DNA of 32,000 nt, from assembly GCF_008000775.2 (NCBI RefSeq), contig NZ_CP042905.2:330001-362000 (forward strand). Reading direction: 5' to 3'. Below are positions 29,401 to 32,000 of the stretch, piece by piece. Made by a program: the position numbers and the translations under genes. Source of the stretch: Promethearchaeum syntrophicum (GTDB lineage Archaea; Asgardarchaeota; Lokiarchaeia; Sigyniarchaeales; Promethearchaeaceae). The notes beneath the pieces were generated by a model. That model was not told the origin of the DNA. It saw only the letters and a list, made by a program, of their open reading frames with translations, and ran no database searches. Each line of letters starts with the position of its first letter. The stretch's first letter is position 1.

Positions 29401-30791
29401 TGATGTCTCCCTTAGCAATCGCAAATTTTCTGCCGATTGAGGAATTTAACAACTATTTTGATTTAGTAATTTTTGATGAAGCATCCCAAGTTACTCCTGA
29501 AGATGCTATTGGGGCAATTCTAAGAGGTAAAAGTCTAATAGTTGTTGGAGATTCACAACAATTACCTCCCACAAATTTTTTTACTGCAAGTAGTATTAGC
29601 GGTGATTCAGATTTTGATGGCCTCGATGAACTCGATAGCAACTTGCAAACAATGGAAAGCTTGTTAGATGAATGCACAGGTATCGGGTTTCGAGAAAAGA
29701 TGTTGAAATTCCATTATAGGAGCCGAAAGGAAGGGTTAATCGCCTTTAGTAATCAACAATATTATAACGGAAGACTTTTTACATTTCCCGATATATCAAA
29801 TGAAGATAAGGCAGATCAAATAACTAATATCGAGACTGTTAGATCAGACTTGGATAAATTAGAAAACTACTCAAATATTGATGATTTGACGGCCATTGAT
29901 TTCAGATATATTAAAGATGGTGTGAAAATTAAAGCAAAAAATGTCATTGAAGCAGAATTTGTTGCACAAGCCGTAATTAATCATTATAAAAGCAATCAGA
30001 AATATGGTACCAATTATAGTTTAGGCATAGTTGCTTTTAGCGTAGCTCAACAGGAAACGATTAGGTCAGCATTAGAGAAGTTGATAAAAAAGGATCCTTC
30101 AGTAGAATCCATCATGAATAAAGATGAAGAAGAAGGATTATTTATTAAAAATTTGGAGAGTGTGCAAGGAGATGAACGAGATTTCATATTTTTTAGTGTT
30201 GGTTATGCCAAGGATCCAAAAGGTAAGTTATCTCTAAATTTCGGTCCTTTAAACAGAAGTGGTGGATATAGAAGATTGAATGTTGCAATCACTCGTGCGC
30301 GTTTTCATATAAAACTATTTGCTTCATTTTTACCTAGCGATATTAATATAGAGAAAGTTAAAGCGCGGGGTTTAAGTGATCTAATTGGCTACATGAGATA
30401 TGCAAGAACCAATATATTGACCAAGGTTAAATCTGTTTCAAAGAAAAAAATCTTTGAATCAGATTCTTTTGAATCATGTGTTAAATTATCATTAGAAAAA
30501 GCAGGTTTTACTGTTAAAACTTTGATAGGGCATTCAAATTTTCGTATAGATCTTGCTATTATAGATCCAAAAAATCCTTCTAGGTTTATTCTTGGATTGG
30601 AATGTGATGGTGGGTCCTATAAAGCAGCAAAAAATACTCGCGATAGAGACCGAATTAGAAATGAAGTTTTAGATGGTTTGGGGTGGGAAATATTACATAT
30701 ATGGGGTCCAGATTGGTATATCAATAGAGAAAAAGTAATAAGAAAAATTAAGAGAAAAGTTAACCAAAGAATGAAAAAAATCGAAGTTTAA
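26481..30791 (+). CDS. DUF4011-type SF1 helicase with C-terminal MTES_1575/Vsr-like PD-(D/E)xK nuclease domain
   Basis: N-term LWKQNFLDLSNRNPQLNF; Walker A QGPPGTGKSQ; motif II VIFDEASQVTPEDAI; motif III VVGDSQQLPP; VESVQGDERDFIFFSVGY; LNVAITRARFHI; nuclease region FRIDLAIIDP…FILGLECDGGSYKAAKNTRDRDRIRNEVLDGLGWEILHIWGPDWYIN. Confidence 0.92.
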   Translation: MTPTSSSKAKAKIRLWKQNFLDLSNRNPQLNFSTKRYIEVISPSCSTIFRILLVMGQTCTFPSVYKPPSRKKQRKKSVSDQQKTPFNVNPEPELSDPLKETHRIALEKIKEKARLTEFITELTDSTLRTRFKKFLQKAKEMEEERGVNVLYITFGLLNWIDVGDNIPMKSPLLFVPVKISLKPLEIEILDDEVMVNPALKEKLKGENKKLPLFPEEFDSISFDRYLKEVSELISRDSGWKLEKRSFIGTFAFTKAALFEDLDDHEDLILRHPIVRAIAEEKGFAEEKENLPDIEELSDNLDPTTSYSILDCDSSQMEAVIYAKSGSSLVIQGPPGTGKSQCISNIIAECMAVGKKVLFVAQKRAALDVVKKRLDTCGIGPFCLQVHSQNANKIAILKQIEQSMNIDTEGIKIKKGKFQELGILKERLNDYITSTQSPYGLMKLSFYDIIGRVLALDDIPLLISEFKDPKNVTEKEFIEIKDLFGQLELFRDTLEHYDQNPWSLAKAKIKFLLQIAKELQLALNKILYSFQYVNGQIGSELKILNVKFPNGVNENGEVPENRTQWEKNIIRANYWISALEIFNLWQTWEIDYSDLNQYFELDSIINFNEFSEFFKSFEQINLAYEAESSPSLSITSLLLTKLNYYIEKVNKLNNRLIVFNLKSGLNPILNDEDFQEYYDFFSLFNENALTLDVDLLIARFTTDYAGVLKKHGPEYNADKLDILKCLRTKAKKQSVLGLLNKIKNFQIFSGRPDGLSLDTIKLIIDDFNLLSDEWKEIHPLENFLKPVLVIEPLALNQRQDLWEKYENFAKRWLKDLPHLNEWFEIVKIEDKLEKLGFSGILEKIKNQRFESKNSTNSEILEIPLEKLFEKAFYHKLYEDIISTLPIINNFDIKYHMKTIEKFRKVDKEILEINRLRVIKKLYDLRPKVDLNISDSLLAQSGFIKRELKKKRNVKPLRYSFKEAKEFISQLKPCFMMSPLAIANFLPIEEFNNYFDLVIFDEASQVTPEDAIGAILRGKSLIVVGDSQQLPPTNFFTASSISGDSDFDGLDELDSNLQTMESLLDECTGIGFREKMLKFHYRSRKEGLIAFSNQQYYNGRLFTFPDISNEDKADQITNIETVRSDLDKLENYSNIDDLTAIDFRYIKDGVKIKAKNVIEAEFVAQAVINHYKSNQKYGTNYSLGIVAFSVAQQETIRSALEKLIKKDPSVESIMNKDEEEGLFIKNLESVQGDERDFIFFSVGYAKDPKGKLSLNFGPLNRSGGYRRLNVAITRARFHIKLFASFLPSDINIEKVKARGLSDLIGYMRYARTNILTKVKSVSKKKIFESDSFESCVKLSLEKAGFTVKTLIGHSNFRIDLAIIDPKNPSRFILGLECDGGSYKAAKNTRDRDRIRNEVLDGLGWEILHIWGPDWYINREKVIRKIKRKVNQRMKKIEV

Positions 30792-31168
30792 GGAGTTTCT
30801 TTGAATATTTTTCTTCCTTTTTCTTTTATCGTTTCAATAACTCTCTTTTTAGCAACAATTCCAACAAATCGAGAAAAACGAGCGTTTCTTAGCTCACTCT
30901 GAATATGTTGTTCTAATATTACCCAAGTTTTCGCTGTAAATTCTGTTTCATATGGAATAAATCTTTCATCAAGTTTTCTGAAAAAAGCCATATATTGCTT
31001 ATCTTTGAATGAATATACAATATATACCTCAACACCATTAATTTTGTCTCGGTATCGCAAAAAATTTGCTTCATCATCAAGACATCCGATTTTAACATCA
31101 ATTTCTTCAGTGTATGAGTCATCGCATACATTTTCTTCATTAAACTCTTCTACTAATTGTGGTCCCAA
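30788..31168 (-). CDS. Hypothetical protein (126 aa)
   Basis: Complete ORF, coding-like composition; its stop codon overlaps the helicase stop codon tail-to-tail. Confidence 0.6.
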   Translation of the reverse strand: MGPQLVEEFNEENVCDDSYTEEIDVKIGCLDDEANFLRYRDKINGVEVYIVYSFKDKQYMAFFRKLDERFIPYETEFTAKTWVILEQHIQSELRNARFSRFVGIVAKKRVIETIKEKGRKIFKETP

Positions 31169-31246
31169 TTTAATTCAATTAATAGAGTATTAGAAGAACA
31201 AAAAACCTTGCTCTAATAAAAAATAATGAAAAAAAACTCTTGTCTT

Positions 31247-31888
31247 CTACCAAGAAAAATTTTTAATGTTAGACTTTAACTTCTGCCAGGCTTGATTCAA
31301 TTGCAATACAGCAGTAACGACGAAAGAATTACTGTGACTTTTGTTGTGATATTGTTTTTGGACTTGACTTTTTTCTTTTCTAAGTTGATTCTCAATTTTT
31401 TCTAGTTTCGATCCCGTAACCATCTGATCAGAACGTGCTTTATTCATTTCTGAAGCCGTATTTTTCCAATTTGCCTCGTATTTATTTAATTTTGATAATT
31501 TTCTTCCATAATCTTTCAAAGTTTTTGAATATTCTTTATAACCCTGTGAAACATCCTTAATGTCATTAACCATTTCTATTTGAACTTCAATAGCTCTTTC
31601 AACATGAGTTACGTGATCTTTTAAAGTTGCTATATCCTTTGAATTTATCAAATTTGACTTTTGGTTTTGAAATTGAACATAGCTTCTGAGTGTTTCTCTT
31701 TGAAGGATTAGATATTTTTTAAGCTCGTTATTTGCTTTTTCCATATCGTGTGCAACGGATTTAAAACTTTTTTCGATGTTCTCTTCCAATCCCGCTAATT
31801 TATGAACTGATTGTTCCAGCTTTTTATCATATGAAATTTGTTCTAGTTCAACATCTAAGGGAAGAAATTCTTTAATTAATTGAGACAT
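31247..31888 (-). CDS. Long helical/coiled-coil protein (213 aa), possible BAR/Vps5-like fold
   Basis: Almost Pro- and Gly-poor heptad-like sequence through LKDYGRKLSKLNKYEANWKNTASEMNKARSDQMVTGSKLEKIENQLRKEKSQVQKQY. Confidence 0.7.
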   Translation of the reverse strand: MSQLIKEFLPLDVELEQISYDKKLEQSVHKLAGLEENIEKSFKSVAHDMEKANNELKKYLILQRETLRSYVQFQNQKSNLINSKDIATLKDHVTHVERAIEVQIEMVNDIKDVSQGYKEYSKTLKDYGRKLSKLNKYEANWKNTASEMNKARSDQMVTGSKLEKIENQLRKEKSQVQKQYHNKSHSNSFVVTAVLQLNQAWQKLKSNIKNFSW

Positions 31889-31930
31889 ACATTGAAATTT
31901 ACTATTTAAATTAAAAAAATTTGGGATTTT

Positions 31931-32000
31931 CTATTTGAGTTTATATTTTTTTTTCAGTAAGGCAACCATTTTTTTAAATAACCCTAAATGGTGCTTTAAT
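31931..32000 (-). CDS. C-terminal end of a further gene, cut by the window edge
   Basis: Open minus-strand frame from 31999 reads LKHHLGLFKKMVALLKKKYKLK* with stop at 31931-31933. Confidence 0.3.
   Translation of the reverse strand, partial: LKHHLGLFKKMVALLKKKYKLK

Noticed and set aside
26885-29677. Several 60-84 aa ORFs within the helicase gene
   Set aside because: All lie in alternate frames or antisense to an uninterrupted 1436-codon ORF.

Overview
AT-rich, densely coded archaeal window. It is probably from an Asgard/Promethearchaeota-like lineage, inferred from a Rag/Gtr-type small GTPase with a fused C-terminal roadblock/longin-like domain, a MoaD/ubiquitin-like protein, and large N-glycosylation-rich ectodomain proteins with C-terminal TM anchors. 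No rRNA, tRNA, CRISPR or transposase was seen. Left to right: two surface/exoprotein genes (+); a long minus-strand run with a HAD hydrolase, orphan ORF, Rag-like GTPase, small ORF, a three-gene 'split' 2-hydroxyacyl-CoA dehydratase-type module (COG1924-like activase + COG3581-like + COG3580/DUF2229-like), a bacterial-type PlsC acyltransferase, a PadR regulator, a 2TM-like membrane protein and a Cys-rich mini-protein; a beta-hydroxyacid dehydrogenase; an MFS transporter; a carbohydrate region (GPH-type symporter, DUF2961/GH172-like protein with a C-terminal TM segment, SDR, LacZ-type GH2, cupin); a zinc/manganese ABC transporter with a divergent solute-binding gene, a perfect palindrome in the shared promoter and a DtxR-like regulator; a MoaD/ubiquitin-like protein with an orphan partner; a 1436-aa DUF4011-type SF1 helicase with a C-terminal MTES_1575/Vsr-like nuclease domain; and two unassigned ORFs, one a long helical protein with possible BAR/sorting-nexin-like character. 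The observations I rate highest are the PlsC + split dehydratase-type module (possible archaeal analogue of the bacterial plasmalogen/ether-lipid PlsA enzyme), the metal-transport locus with operator, zinc-ribbon permease and altered DtxR site, the large helicase-nuclease, and the possible BAR-like protein. All family assignments are from motif recognition by eye; no database searches were run.
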